Source: Lophium mytilinum
Taxonomy: Eukaryota
DNA length: 53,309 nucleotides
Reading direction: 5' to 3'
NCBI GenBank assembly: GCA_010093605.1
Contig: MU004194.1
Span: 1,712,323 to 1,765,631 of the forward strand
Part shown: positions 1-11,875 of the stretch, in pieces
Position numbering within the stretch: the stretch's first letter is position 1
Layout of the letters: each line of letters starts with the position of its first letter
Position numbers and translations under genes: made by a program
The notes under the pieces: generated by a model
Databases searched by the model: none
Told to the model about the DNA's origin: nothing
What the model saw: only the letters and a program-made list of their open reading frames with translations

Positions 1-433
1 TTTAAAAAAGGTAGAAAGAATATAGTAGAGAATAGAGCTTTCTAATTTTATTTACTTAAATAAAGAGGATATCTAGAAGGCACTAGAGAATACTATAGTA
101 TATATTACTAGCCTATATAATAGGCTAGAAGATAGTAAATTAAATACTAAGGTAATCTAAATTAATTATATAGTAAAGATTTAAGAAGCTATTAATATAC
201 TAGCGACCCTCTAGCTATATAAGAAGTAGTAGGAGGATAGTAAATTACTATTAATTTCCTCTCTTTATTGCTATAAACGGCGGCTATAAGGAAGGAGAAT
301 ATAATACTCTAAATAAACCTTAATTTTAGACTATTTTTATAGAAAGGATACTTAAATTATAGCCTTATAAATAAGAATATAAGATATTATCGACTAATTG
401 TTATTTACTAGGTGGATTACTAAGAACTCTTAA
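1..433. repeat. AT-rich, RIP-mutated repeat relic (unclassified)
   Basis: Very low GC, TpA excess and near absence of CpA/TpG; abrupt switch to ~50% GC after ~506. Confidence 0.75.
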
Positions 434-506
434 TACAGTAATACTCTCTGTATAGTGATACAACCCCTCGCAAAAACCCGTATCACTATAACAGGGGTTT
501 ACTGTA
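434..506. mobile_element. Tc1/mariner(pogo)-type miniature inverted-repeat element or transposon terminus
   Basis: TA-CAGTAATACTCTCTGTATAGTGATAC (434-461) pairs with GTATCACTATAACAGGGGTTTACTG-TA (480-506): imperfect ~25 bp inverted repeats with CAGT/ACTG ends and TA on both sides. Confidence 0.6.
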
Positions 507-1156
507 ATCTGAAGCCACCCTCTATGTCATCGCTTCGGTAGGCGCGGCGATGAAAATCCCTACTAAATTGGCTACTTAGCTGACGATCGAGTACAGCGGG
601 AGCGCTGCGAACGCACGCGACGCACTTCTTGTTATCGGGTCGGTGTTTAGGTACGATCGACTCGTGGCGGTCTCAGCCTTGCAATCCCAGCGCTTGCGGC
701 CCCTCGCCGCTCCCGCCCGCTGATAGTGGAGATATTTGCAAAGCCAGCCATGAAACGTTAAAGCTAGCTTGATAGTCATGCTTGTTCAGATCAGTACGAG
801 GGTTTCCAGAAGAGAGCACAAGGCAAACGGCGAGAGGACGTAGAGTTTTCAGCCTTGCGTTCTGGACGCATCTTTCAAACCGCCATTTCTTATTTCGTCG
901 GCATCTTCTCAGCTGTCCTTGATTTAGAACGCAAGCCACAGGCAGGGGGAGGCAACCATCAGGAACCGTTCCTACGAGCCGATCGCAATGGATGGAAGGC
1001 CGTCTGCAGTACAAGAGCTTCTCTTGTACTCCAAAGTGCGACCCTACCTCTGATTGATCAGTAGCTTTTTACTGCTGACTCTCTGCGTACCTTGCTTGCA
1101 GCGAAGCCCTCATAACCTCCTGCTCGGCAGCTTACACCAAGTGCTATTCTTGTTAT

Positions 1157-3487
1157 ATGATGGCCTCTGCACATAACTCGCCGAAAGGAAAAAGGAAGCG
1201 AGCAAGCGCTACTTCCCAAGGAGAAAACCCCTCAAAGCGACCCCGCGGCCGGGGGAGTGGCAGACCACCTTCATCTAAGAATGGTACTCGCGCAGCTCCA
1301 ACAGCAGATGATGCGGTGCCAGGCGCACAGGGATCGAGCACAAATCCTGTTGCACATAGCGGAGCCGCAAATGGGAGCACTGAACTAGCCAAGAACCGCC
1401 TTACAACCGATTCTAGAGAGGATCAAGGCAGCGCCATGAGAACCTCTCACGACTATGAATACAGCGCTCTTCCCCAAGACACAATCCGAATACTCATCGT
1501 ACATCCGGGCGATGCCAAATCCGAACTATATTGTACTTTGAGGAATCGTCGCCTTCGACCCTTGGACGCTCACGGTCGGCCAAAGCGGATCGAGGAGAAC
1601 GGAGTGGAAGTAGAGCTGCAGCCATACGAGGCATTATCATACTCCTGGCAAGACCAGAAGCCAGGACACGACATCCGAATTTCGGATTCCGACCACGGCA
1701 ACTACAAACTCAATAAAATAACGGAAAACTTACGAGACGCTCTCGTTACGCTCCGCCACGAGTCCAAAGAGCGACACTTCTGGGTTGATGCCGTTTGCAT
1801 GAACCAGGAGAACCTGGTGGAGAAGAGCAGACAATTGCCGTTGATGGCTAGAATATACAGTGAAGCATCCAATGTCGTTGTCTGGCTCGGGCTGGAGAAC
1901 GAGAAAGAGAACACCTCGAAGGCATTTGATTTGATGAAAAAGATCAGAACTTTGCGAGATTTCGAAGTTCTGGTTGAAAAGAAGACAGATTGCGACGACT
2001 GGGAGGCTTTCATAGCCTTGATGACGAGAAATTGGTTTAGCAGGCGATGGGTCGTTCAAGAAATCACCCTAGCAAGCAAAGCGACCCTCCATTGCGGTGG
2101 CAGAGAAATATTGTGGAAGAGCTTTGCAGAGGCCGTGGCTTTATTAGAAGTCATGATCGATCGGGTGAAAGAAAAGTTTGCGGGCTCTACCCGGAATCCA
2201 GACAAGTTTGGTGATATCAAGGAGTTCAGCGCGAGCCGATTAGTACGGGTCACGAGCAACATGGTGGCCAAAAATGATGCCGGGCAAGTTGTGCAGAAGA
2301 TGCAGAGCTTGGAATATTTGGTAACCGCCTTGACGCCCTTCGAAGCTAAGTCGCCTCACGACATCATCTACGCAGTGCTTTCACTGGCCAAGGATGTTTC
2401 CGGTTCGACTGTGACTGAGGAGAACAAGGGAAACATCGAATGGACGGTAGATAACGTTCCTCCAGAACTACTCGAGGGCCACAGAGATCCGGAAGGAGTC
2501 CTCAATACCCTCAAACGTGCCTCCAGGCTCTTTAAGGTTGATAAATTCCCGGTCCACTACGGAAAAGACTTCTATCAGGTCTGCGAAGACTTTCTGAAAT
2601 TCTCGACTGGGCAGTCTAAGTCCCTAGATATGATATGTCGTCCCTGGGCTCCTGTCGCCCTGGAAACTTCGAAAGCACTGCCAAGTTGGATTCGAACCTT
2701 AGCGGATGCTCCATTTGGACGCGATCAAAATGGCCATTGGGATCGACAAAACGCAAACGTTCTAGTGGGCGTACCAGGGCAGAGCCCGTATGAAGCGTCG
2801 GGAACATACCGCAGCACGTGGAAGTTTGAGATGGACGAAGTGGCACCACTACTGACGGTCCAAGGGTTCCAACTCGACGTCATCGAACGCCTGGAGGATC
2901 CTGCACGGGCTGGAGTAATCCCCTCTAGTTGGTTAGAGTACGGAGACCTCAAGGGCAAGCAATTCAAGCCGCTTGAAGACAACACGGAAACGACCAGCAA
3001 CGTTACTGAGTCTTTTTGGCGGACAATGGTAGCGAACAAGGGCCCAGATGGAGAAGCGCCGCCTCCCCATTACGCGTTTCTGTGCGAGAAGACGTTTACT
3101 ACAATTGTCAAGCATGGCGACGTCATGCTAGACCGGATCCACGATCGATCAGAGTACACGTTGCAAAAAGCGTATATCCGACGTGTCCAGTCCGTAGTCT
3201 GGGGACGCAAGCTCACGAAGACGGCGAGGTTTTTGGCTTTGGTCCCAAAAGATACTAAAGAGGGCGACATTATCGCTATTGTCTTCGGCATCAGTGTCCC
3301 GGTGGTACTGCGTAAGCGTCTATCTGATGATGGAGAGCAATTCGACCTCGTCGGCGAGTGCTATGCGCATGGAGCAATGGCCGGAGAGGCGTTCGATATC
3401 AGGAATCGAATGAGGGATGACCAGCGTTCAGAGATAGCCACTGCTGTCATTTGGGACTGCGGCAATAGGAGCTTCCGTATCCGGTAG
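1157..3487 (+). CDS. Heterokaryon incompatibility (HET domain, HET-6-like) protein, 776 aa, single exon
   Basis: Motifs IRILIVHPG, YEALSYSW, FWVDAVCMNQ...EKSRQLPLMARIYSEASNVVVWLG, WFSRRWVVQEI, DIIYAVLSL, LPSW and GDIIAIVFG..VPVVLR...LVGECYAHG. Confidence 0.93.
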   Translation: MMASAHNSPKGKRKRASATSQGENPSKRPRGRGSGRPPSSKNGTRAAPTADDAVPGAQGSSTNPVAHSGAANGSTELAKNRLTTDSREDQGSAMRTSHDYEYSALPQDTIRILIVHPGDAKSELYCTLRNRRLRPLDAHGRPKRIEENGVEVELQPYEALSYSWQDQKPGHDIRISDSDHGNYKLNKITENLRDALVTLRHESKERHFWVDAVCMNQENLVEKSRQLPLMARIYSEASNVVVWLGLENEKENTSKAFDLMKKIRTLRDFEVLVEKKTDCDDWEAFIALMTRNWFSRRWVVQEITLASKATLHCGGREILWKSFAEAVALLEVMIDRVKEKFAGSTRNPDKFGDIKEFSASRLVRVTSNMVAKNDAGQVVQKMQSLEYLVTALTPFEAKSPHDIIYAVLSLAKDVSGSTVTEENKGNIEWTVDNVPPELLEGHRDPEGVLNTLKRASRLFKVDKFPVHYGKDFYQVCEDFLKFSTGQSKSLDMICRPWAPVALETSKALPSWIRTLADAPFGRDQNGHWDRQNANVLVGVPGQSPYEASGTYRSTWKFEMDEVAPLLTVQGFQLDVIERLEDPARAGVIPSSWLEYGDLKGKQFKPLEDNTETTSNVTESFWRTMVANKGPDGEAPPPHYAFLCEKTFTTIVKHGDVMLDRIHDRSEYTLQKAYIRRVQSVVWGRKLTKTARFLALVPKDTKEGDIIAIVFGISVPVVLRKRLSDDGEQFDLVGECYAHGAMAGEAFDIRNRMRDDQRSEIATAVIWDCGNRSFRIR

Positions 3488-4033
3488 TCTCTACGACGGT
3501 ATGGTGGTCTCTATGTTGGATCATGAAGATTAGTGATGGACGGAGGAGATGGTGTTGATGGAAAGTGTTGGAGCGGCGTGGAATTCGGGAGGAAAAGCCA
3601 CAAACCGCCACGACGCCACATCGGCATTTGCTGTCGCCGACGTGGATATTCTAGACCAACGGGGCATCTCCATTCATCAGCGGCCGCGCACTCTCCTTTG
3701 CCTACTCGCAACAACAGTCATAAAGGTGGTGTACGCGGCACGGTAGCCTCTCCATCTTTCGTCTAGCATGTTCGAGAGCCATCCAGGATTCGTGATTGCT
3801 TTGGCTCTGATTGGAGACTCGGGGAGTCGGGCGCCAGCTTGAGGGCGATCTCCCGATGACCAACACCATACCCGCCTGATGGGTGGCGATGTACGTATGC
3901 AGCCGTCTGCCTGCTTTTGTTGTATATAAGATGGCTGCTGGTGAGGCTCCTCAGTTATCTTCCTTCATCTCATCTCATCTACCACCTCATTCTACAAAAC
4001 ATCATCACACCAACCATCAACCACTCAACAATC

Positions 4034-4882
4034 ATGCCTTCAATACGCTACGTCAATCAAAGTGCTCCCTTCTGGGATTTTGTTGCAAACTTGGAACAAC
4101 AAGGACAGGCCCACCCCTTCTTCGCCTCTCAGGGACGTGAAGGAGGCGAAGAGCGCGAATCATCTGGAGACGAGCAGCCCTTTGGACCATGGGGCCATCC
4201 TTGGGCTCGTCGCGGTCCTCGAGGTCACCGCGGACCCCCTCCTCCTCCTGCAGAGCCTGCAGCTCCAGCAGCTCCTGGCGAACCTTCCTCGAACCCTCCA
4301 CCGCCCCCTCATCATGAGCATCCTCACCACGAACATCCTCGCCACGATGGACCACCGCATCACCGCGGCTGCGGTGGAAGACGCGGCCGGGGCTTTGGTG
4401 GCCGTGGAGGCTTTGGAGGTCCCTGGGGATCAATGGGCATGGGCGGCGGGCCTTTCAACTTCGCCGGCCTAGCAACCCAACTCTTCGGACAAGACAACGA
4501 AAGCGGAACCAAAGAAGCCTCTTCCGAAGATTTCAAGCCTGAAGCTGATGTATTCGACACCGAGTCTGCCTTTGTTATCCACGTCTCTCTTCCGGGAGCC
4601 AAGAAGGAAGATGTCGGCGTGAACTGGGACGCAGAGAAGAGCGAGGTCAGCATCGCTGGCGTTATCTACAGACCTGGCGATGAGGACTTCTTGAAGACTC
4701 TTGCTTTGGACGAGCGGAAGATTGGCGCTTTTGAGAGGAAGGTCCGTCTTGGAAGTCGTGCCAATCCGGCTCAAGTCGATGCGGATATGATCACCGCAAA
4801 GCTCGAAGATGGCATCTTGCGAGTGGAGGTTCCAAAGCAGGATAGGGACTATGTCGAGATCAAGAAGGTCGACATCGAGTAG
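4034..4882 (+). CDS. Small heat-shock protein (Hsp20/alpha-crystallin domain) with long low-complexity N-terminus
   Basis: ATG at 4034 (MPSIRY); C-terminal [26 protein letters not shown]...[10 protein letters not shown]...[16 protein letters not shown] and terminal IKKVDIE (IxI-like). Confidence 0.92.
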   Translation: MPSIRYVNQSAPFWDFVANLEQQGQAHPFFASQGREGGEERESSGDEQPFGPWGHPWARRGPRGHRGPPPPPAEPAAPAAPGEPSSNPPPPPHHEHPHHEHPRHDGPPHHRGCGGRRGRGFGGRGGFGGPWGSMGMGGGPFNFAGLATQLFGQDNESGTKEASSEDFKPEADVFDTESAFVIHVSLPGAKKEDVGVNWDAEKSEVSIAGVIYRPGDEDFLKTLALDERKIGAFERKVRLGSRANPAQVDADMITAKLEDGILRVEVPKQDRDYVEIKKVDIE

Positions 4883-5428
4883 CGATCTCAGCAATGGGAA
4901 TGAGAAGTCGAAGGGAGCGAGGGAAGAGAAGGGGCTTAACGATCCGTGCTTTTGGCGTATGCAAGGTTTCATAGGATAATCTAATCTTTGGGGGCGTATC
5001 TCTTTGACATATTGCCGTGATGTTTCCTCTCCACTCAAAATGCTACAACAATCAAGTGAAGGTTTTCTTTGCGTATGGGCACTACATTTCCATCTTCTTG
5101 GCATTGTCGATGCGTACCGAAGAAGCCAGTGTGATATCCAAGCTTAAGCACTAATCCAACGATCATCCCAAAATTTTACGCAGCAAGTCAAATATTCCTT
5201 GAAGGCGACCACATTTGGTTTGTACATACGATGCACCTCTCGGCTCCACCTGCCCTAGCAATTGCGGGGTTCTAGGGCGGGGTGCAGCTTCCCCAGCGAT
5301 GACGCAGGACAAACGACAAGCAAATCACGCCGTGCCAAACTCTTCATTTTCTACATCAATCACTTTGCCCCCCTCAATACAACAACAACCCTACTTCTAC
5401 GAGACTACAAGCTTCAATTGCAATCAGA

Positions 5429-6081
5429 ATGTCCATCCCAACCTCCACCTCTGTCACTGAGTCCGCTGTCATCGAAGCTCCCCTGAGCTCCGTCTGGGTA
5501 TGTCACTCCACCTCAGTCGAACCTCGCAAGTGTCTGACGGAAAGGCGCATTGCTGACGGTGTGAATGGATATAGCATCTCATCAAACTACAAGATTTCTC
5601 CAAGTTCTGGAGCAAGCTGGACAAGAGCGAGTATGTCAAGGGCGCGTCAGACGAGACGGATATCGTGAAGTGGGCGTTCAAGGACGGAACTGTATTGGAG
5701 ATGAAGCAAGAAGAGCACTCGGTATGTTTATCCATCTGCATCATTTCGTTCCGCCTTAGAGACATGAGCTGATGACCGCAGTCCATCGACCACTACATTA
5801 CATACAGCATCATCTCCTCTCAGCCAGCCTTGAGCTATACCTCCGTTGTTAGCACCGTGCGCCTGTACTCTGTCACGTCGGGCAAGCATGAAGGACAGAC
5901 GTTCGTGACGTGGACGGGCAACTTTTCGAGCGATGCTGATGCTGGTGAGTTGCGCTTGCGTTTCTGTCAATACTTTGTTAGTGCTGACCACTCTTTGTAA
6001 TACTCAGGAGTCATCGAAGATGCCAAGTTCAAGCGCCGTGAAGCCCTCGCTGATCTCGCGGCCGCTGCTGGAAAGAAATGA
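5429..6081 (+). CDS. Bet v1-like / START (polyketide cyclase-dehydrase fold) protein, ~150 aa, 4 exons (5429-5497, 5575-5721, 5782-5944, 6008-6081)
   Basis: GT..AG introns with CTGAC/CTGAT branch sites; spliced frame MSIPTSTSVTESAVIEAPLSSVWHLIKLQDFSKFWS...TFVTWTGNFSSDADAGVIEDAKFKRREALADL. Confidence 0.88.
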
Positions 6082-7898
6082 GGAGGAAGAGACCCATACG
6101 ACGGTGCATAAGTTGGGGAGGTTGAGTGAGGGCTGAGGGCTGAGCGATTCAAGATGGGATGGAAAAGCGAAGCGGCTACACCGATGGCTGGTAAATGACT
6201 GTATCATACCATGAAAATTGCGTGCTTTGCAAAGCAAGGGAACAATGTATGTTCCTAAAAATTCAATATAAGTCCCGCGGGAAGGTTTGATGAACGAATG
6301 TGCGAGATACTATTAGCCCGCATTGTGGATAATTGCACGTTTTTCACCACTGTCTGTGATTCTTCCGTGCAGATCAGCCGCTGCCAACTCTTCGCAGACA
6401 TGACGAGTCATTGCATGCCTCTTGATCGATCATTTGTGGGAGAAGAAACATATCGATAGTGAATACAGGGGTATTTATCAATTGACCAATGAATCGGCAT
6501 GTCGCATCGTTAGCGGATTCCATCAGATTGATTCCCGTCCGCCACCTCACCCTCTCCCTTTTTCCACCACTGTCACCTCCAAAAGCTACCAACATGCTGA
6601 CTTCATCCGACTCAGAACTTGCTCTCACTTGATGAGACCACACCTATTCCAGCACCTTTTCAACCGAGGCTTTAACACCCCTAAGATCCACCAGGCTTCC
6701 AACTAGGACTTTATCCTCAAACGCGCTTATCATAGAGACGTATATGTCTTTCTTGAAACAGAACCCCCTGGCCCTGCACGTCTCTAAACGACACCACGAC
6801 GCGTCGATCCGGCTATTGTATGCTCTCAGGGTGATTAAATGCAGCGGGCCGTGCGACAGGCTCGTGCCTACCTGCATTCATCAACAATTCCACCGCATCT
6901 GCATCCTGTTCCACACGTGACTATAGCATCGAAATTCTTCGGGAATTGTGGTATATGAAAGACCCTCCTTGTCGCAGCATACCCAGTCTTTGACGCGTCA
7001 TCTCTTCGCGGCGCCAAAAGTCTACACGGAAAATTATTTTTTCTTGCCCCACTTATTACAGCCTTTCATCAATCTTGCCATACCTGCTTGCAAAATTTTG
7101 AGGCTTGCGTTATCACTAATGTATCTGCCCATTTCGAGACTTGAGAGAAGCTGTTTTGATTGGTAGCAAAGACCGAACGAGTGTTCCGTAGTCGAGCCGC
7201 AATAGGAGGTACCTGCGACGTGCCAACCACACCAGGGTCCGAAGCCTTTCCGAACACCTCATTCTACAGAGATTTGAGACACAGAAGAGAAACGCGTGGA
7301 AAGTCTAATACGACTCATTGAACGACTACGACAATATCACGCAATCATTCATCAGAAACGTGTTCACATTCTCCTCAATCTAGTTCCAGGGATACGTCTA
7401 CGCGGCTTAATACCCCACTAATGTTTCGCCCCTGTGAAACAAACTTGTCGGCTTGAGACAACCCAATCATGGGCCCACTCCATGCAGTGAAACTCTGGCC
7501 TTGATTGCTGACCCACATTTTCCCGCTATACTATGTACGCCTGGGATTGATAGGGTGATTGAAGGAGGCTCCGCGAATGATTGGGGAAGATCGACGTCTT
7601 CTTGCCGCCTATAGCTCCACCACTCCGAACGGCAGGGAAACAAATTGGCCCTATCATCGGTCTACGCATCTACATACGGATGCGCGGGAAAAGCCACCGT
7701 AATCCACAGGCCACGTCTTCTACCGATGGCGATGATGAAGCCATTTTCGCTAATGAGAAAGCAGGCCTAACATATAAAGAAGGATGTGAAGTCAACCGGA
7801 TCTTCTTATTCCTCACAGCAAACATTCTTTCATTCTTTCCTCCTTTCAATCTTTCATCCAGTTATCCAGCGCCGGTTCGCTACTATCATACCATCATC

Positions 7899-8608
7899 AT
7901 GCTCCATACCGTCAAAATTGCGCTCGTGGCGCTTCTTGCGTCCAGGTAAGGAACGTCAATTTCACATCGGCGGGCATTTTTGCTGATATAGATCCAGCGC
8001 CGTCGCTGCTCCAATTGGCGATAAGCCAGAATTCAGTGCTCATCACCACAGCGGCGCTCCCCATCCCAGCGGCGGATTCCCGATCAGCTTCCCTGTGCCG
8101 TCCGGTGGATTCCCTGTGCCGTCTGGCGGATTCCCGAAGCCTACGGGCTTCCCCCCTTTGCCCTCTGGTACGTAATTCTTCAACACTCATTCACATCGCG
8201 AATCGATGTCTAGTAGATTCACATGAGGATGCAAACACAATCTAAGTGACCTTTGAACACTGGCAACGAAGGACCTAGCATACATACCAAGCCTCTTTTC
8301 TTATACACTAGTGCATATTTTGACGTCTTTTAGGAGGCTTCTCTGGATTTTCTGGTGTCCCCACTCCCACAGTCTCTCTCGATAAACGTCAATTCCCAAC
8401 TGGCGGATGGCCCACGAACTTGCCTTCATTCTCTCCTCCAAGTGTGCCTTCGGGAGGGTTCCCAGTCCCTTCAGGAGGGTTTCCAGTGCCTTCGGGAGGT
8501 TTCCCAGCTCATTCGTTCTCGGGACCCGCGCCTACAGGAGGTTTTCCAGGCCCATCTGGGTTGCCTTCATTCTCGAAGCCCGCTCCGGCTTCAACCCCTA
8601 TCGCTTAG
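7899..8608 (+). CDS. Small secreted Pro/Gly-rich protein with (V)PSGGFP repeats, ~163 aa, 3 exons (7899-7945, 7998-8167, 8334-8608)
   Basis: TATAAA at ~7773; signal peptide MLHTVKIALVALLASSAVAAP; canonical introns give an open frame; about 9 PS/TGG(F/W) repeats; internal DKR-Q site. Confidence 0.8.
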
Positions 8609-9911
8609 ATGTGCTGGAAACCAAGAGCAAGAATGTTGGTACAATGGTAGCTGAATGGTTGGTGGGTTGATGGTATTTTTTGGATTCTTTTCTCTCGTTG
8701 AACGGGTTCTGTTGATATTTGGTTGTGCTTGAGATAAAAATGTTGAAAGCTTTGGTCTTTTGACCCTTTTCGTATGCGCTTTGAATGAGTGTCACGTCAT
8801 GTTAACTGTATTGCGGTGACAGTTCTGTAGTAGGCAGCTTCCGACTAACCTATGCTGAGATGAAATGGAGAACTCGTTCCCCTGCGAAGCCTTGCCTAGA
8901 TTGGCGTCCTGGCTGAATGAGTACGTCATCAAGCCGCGCGTGTAGAATAGTAAGTCAAGAGTACCTGTCCCAGGCTTCAATCTCATCTAACACATGCCCG
9001 AGTATTGTTGTCCAAGTCCGTCCACTGCGAATCGACCGTCAACTCCAGTCTCTTATGTCACTCATCCTAGGGTGGATCCTTTCACTCCGCCGGTTGCAAG
9101 CCCACTTCTCAGACGAACTTTCAAGCTAGGAATACATGGTCGAGAGAACGCTTCAATACAGAACACTACACTCTCGTAGTCGGACTGCGACTGGTAGTTG
9201 CGAGGATGCTCATCTTGTGCTCCGGTCTGACCTAGAATAACAACAGCCCCGCAGGTTTGCCGCCTCGCCAGCGGCTTCTGGCCCTCACCAAGTGATCTTT
9301 CACCAACCTCCATATCGCCATTATATCTAACACTCGCGTATAGGTCTCGTCGATCAGGTCTAATCAAATCGACGTCAACGCGACCACTCTGCGCGAGGTG
9401 ATCTACATATCCGACGACGAAGAAAATGATCACCGCAACCACAACCACGTTACCAATGGCATATACAAGCTGGATGTCGCAACCCTGGACAGCGAAGATG
9501 ACAACAACAACCACTATCTACGATCCTGCCTATCACTTATCCTCATCCCACACCGAGACTCATCCAGCTATTTTTTGTCGGTCGCAAAATGAGAAGCCTC
9601 GCCGTCGATTCAGCCTCGCGGCACATATTCATGTATATCAGGCTGCCAGTCAGACCACCCTTGCTAGAACATGCTTCTCGTAAATGTATTTCTATAAATT
9701 ATACGAGTGCCACTGGATACCATGGTATATTCCCCAACGCCTCAAGCATACCCCTGCCCATCCCATTCAACGTATCGACAGATTGCCACCCCTTGGCCCG
9801 ATAAAGAATTAGATCAAGCTCATCCATCCATCAACTATCCACACCCCAATTTCAGCGAGTCTGAAATAGATATAAATCGGATCAGACTCATTTGCATGAA
9901 TCAGATCTCAG

Positions 9912-11875
9912 TCACCCCTCCAAACACTTCCCACCCAGAGCCCCACGCGCCCTCTCCGCTTCCACGTACCTCGGCCACGTATTTGTAAAAACAAGATACT
10001 TGATACTCTCGAACGCGGCATCGAAGATGCCCACCTCGAAGTCCTTGGGTACATGGTCGATTCCCATGCCAGACTCGCTCTTCACGCTGTCGGCGCGGCC
10101 TAGCAACCCGCCAAGCATCAGCGCGTCGTCCTCCCACGGGCACACCACATTCTCACGCTTCGAGTGCTCGGAGATGGTGTCGCACTCGTAGGGGTCGAAG
10201 ACTACGCTTGAGAAGAGGGATTGTAGATGCCGGAAGACTTTGTACTCAATGTTGATGGGAGTCTCGGCGGTGAATGGGTTAATCAGCGTGAAGAAGATTA
10301 GGGAGGCTTCGGTGAACTGCTGGCGGCGTTGTTGAGCGGTGATGGAGCTCGGTCCTGCTTTAGGTTGCTTATCGATCTCTTTGCCGAGCGAGCTGGGAGA
10401 TGGTTGCGTTTGGTGCTGGGGATGCTCGAGACTGCGATCCCACCGTTGACGGAAGTTGCGTACTTCGCGCAGGAATACCATGTTCTCGGCGGTGAATTCT
10501 TTGCGCGCAGCCCAGCTAATGAGGGGCTCGATGTTGTGCTTGATGACATATTCGAGGGCTTGCATACTGCCTTTGTGCTTGAGGGTTGCGGAGGAAGAGG
10601 ATGAGATGTGGGAGGTGTGCGAGGTGAGGGAGGAGGTGCTGGTCCGGCGGGAAGGATTGAGGGCGGACTTGTAGGCGTCCCAGAGGGGGAGGATAAAGGT
10701 GACTTGTTGGATGGTTATCAGACAAGGGAGAAACCTGAGATAAAGCTACGTATTAGTGTTGCTCTTATGGGAGTAGAACATAGAGCTCAGCTTCTTCCGG
10801 AGGCGGTGCAGGGTGGCTTCTAAAGGCATGCGACTTACCATCCTGAAGTAGGGAAGTACTTATTGATGGTCAACATCGCGGGGATCTTTGTGTACGTGAA
10901 GGCGAGCCAGAGCGGTGTTCCAGGAAGACTTAATTGGCGATCAGTACGTACTCCATACACGAATGACTAGTAATCTCACCCTGCAATAATTGCTAATCGA
11001 GTCTGCCACGCCCAGTAGTGGACATCATTGACTTTACGAATCTTCCAAAGCAAATAGGGCCCGAAGATGGTGGTCCAGAACAGCTGTAGAAAAATGGATG
11101 GGACCCTGTTCATGTGTGAGAACCGTGTCGTTCGAGATGGGAAGCGGCCTACCATTCTGCTCCCCTGCGGCAGCTAGTTTGGTCGGCAACGTGACCGAAA
11201 AAGCCATAGGAACGATGGAAACGGCGCGAGCCAAAGTATAGTATAGTAGATGGAATGAACTGACCCGGGCCAGTAAGCACTCATGATATTTCGATCCGAA
11301 TCCGGGTACGTACCGAGATTGCTAGACCAAGAATGATCCCTACATACGTCTTTGCAGCAGCGTCAAGACGTAAGTAGGCCTCCAAGAGACCTTTGGGACT
11401 CCAAATGACTCTTTTCTTGCGAGCCCCCTCGGTGTAGTTACGAGCAAGTCTTGCTTGACTCTCGTAGTACTTGAGAAGCCTTGCATTGGCAGCTGAGACA
11501 TGATAAGCGAGAGTATCGGGAAATCACCAGCGTGCTGGAATACCGACCTTGAAACAAGGCCATGCCGAGCGGTAGGAACACTGACATGATCCAGTACTCG
11601 GCAACGCAGGGCCAGTTCCCATTCTCGGGGTAAGCGAGAAGAACGAGAACGAGGTACACATGGAGCATCGAGACGGAGCCAATGAGGACATTGAAGCCGC
11701 GTATACGAATGGAGTGATTGGACCGATGGCGATGCAGCAAGTATATCTCGACGGCCACGAAGAGGGAGTAGACGATCGCCACCAGGACGTAGAAGATACC
11801 TAGAGCATCGAGGTTGGCTCGGCCGCCGTTGAGCTCTCGAGTAGCGACGGTTTGTCTGAGAATGAGGCTCGCCAT
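9912..11875 (-). CDS. gprK: GprK-type fungal GPCR with C-terminal RGS domain (multi-exon)
   Basis: N-terminal TM segments (DALGIFYVLVAIVYSLF; IRIRG; CVAEYWIMSVFLPLGMALFQ), several GT..AG introns, WFLPCLITIQQVTFILPLWD, and RGS motifs AARKEFTAENMVFL, PINIEYK, IFDAAFESIKYLVFTNTWPRY. Confidence 0.88.

Noticed and set aside
3917..4033. TTG-started N-terminal extension of the Hsp20 ORF
   Set aside because: It spans the TATA box (TATATAA ~3923) and a CA-rich 5' UTR; the ATG at 4034 is the plausible start.
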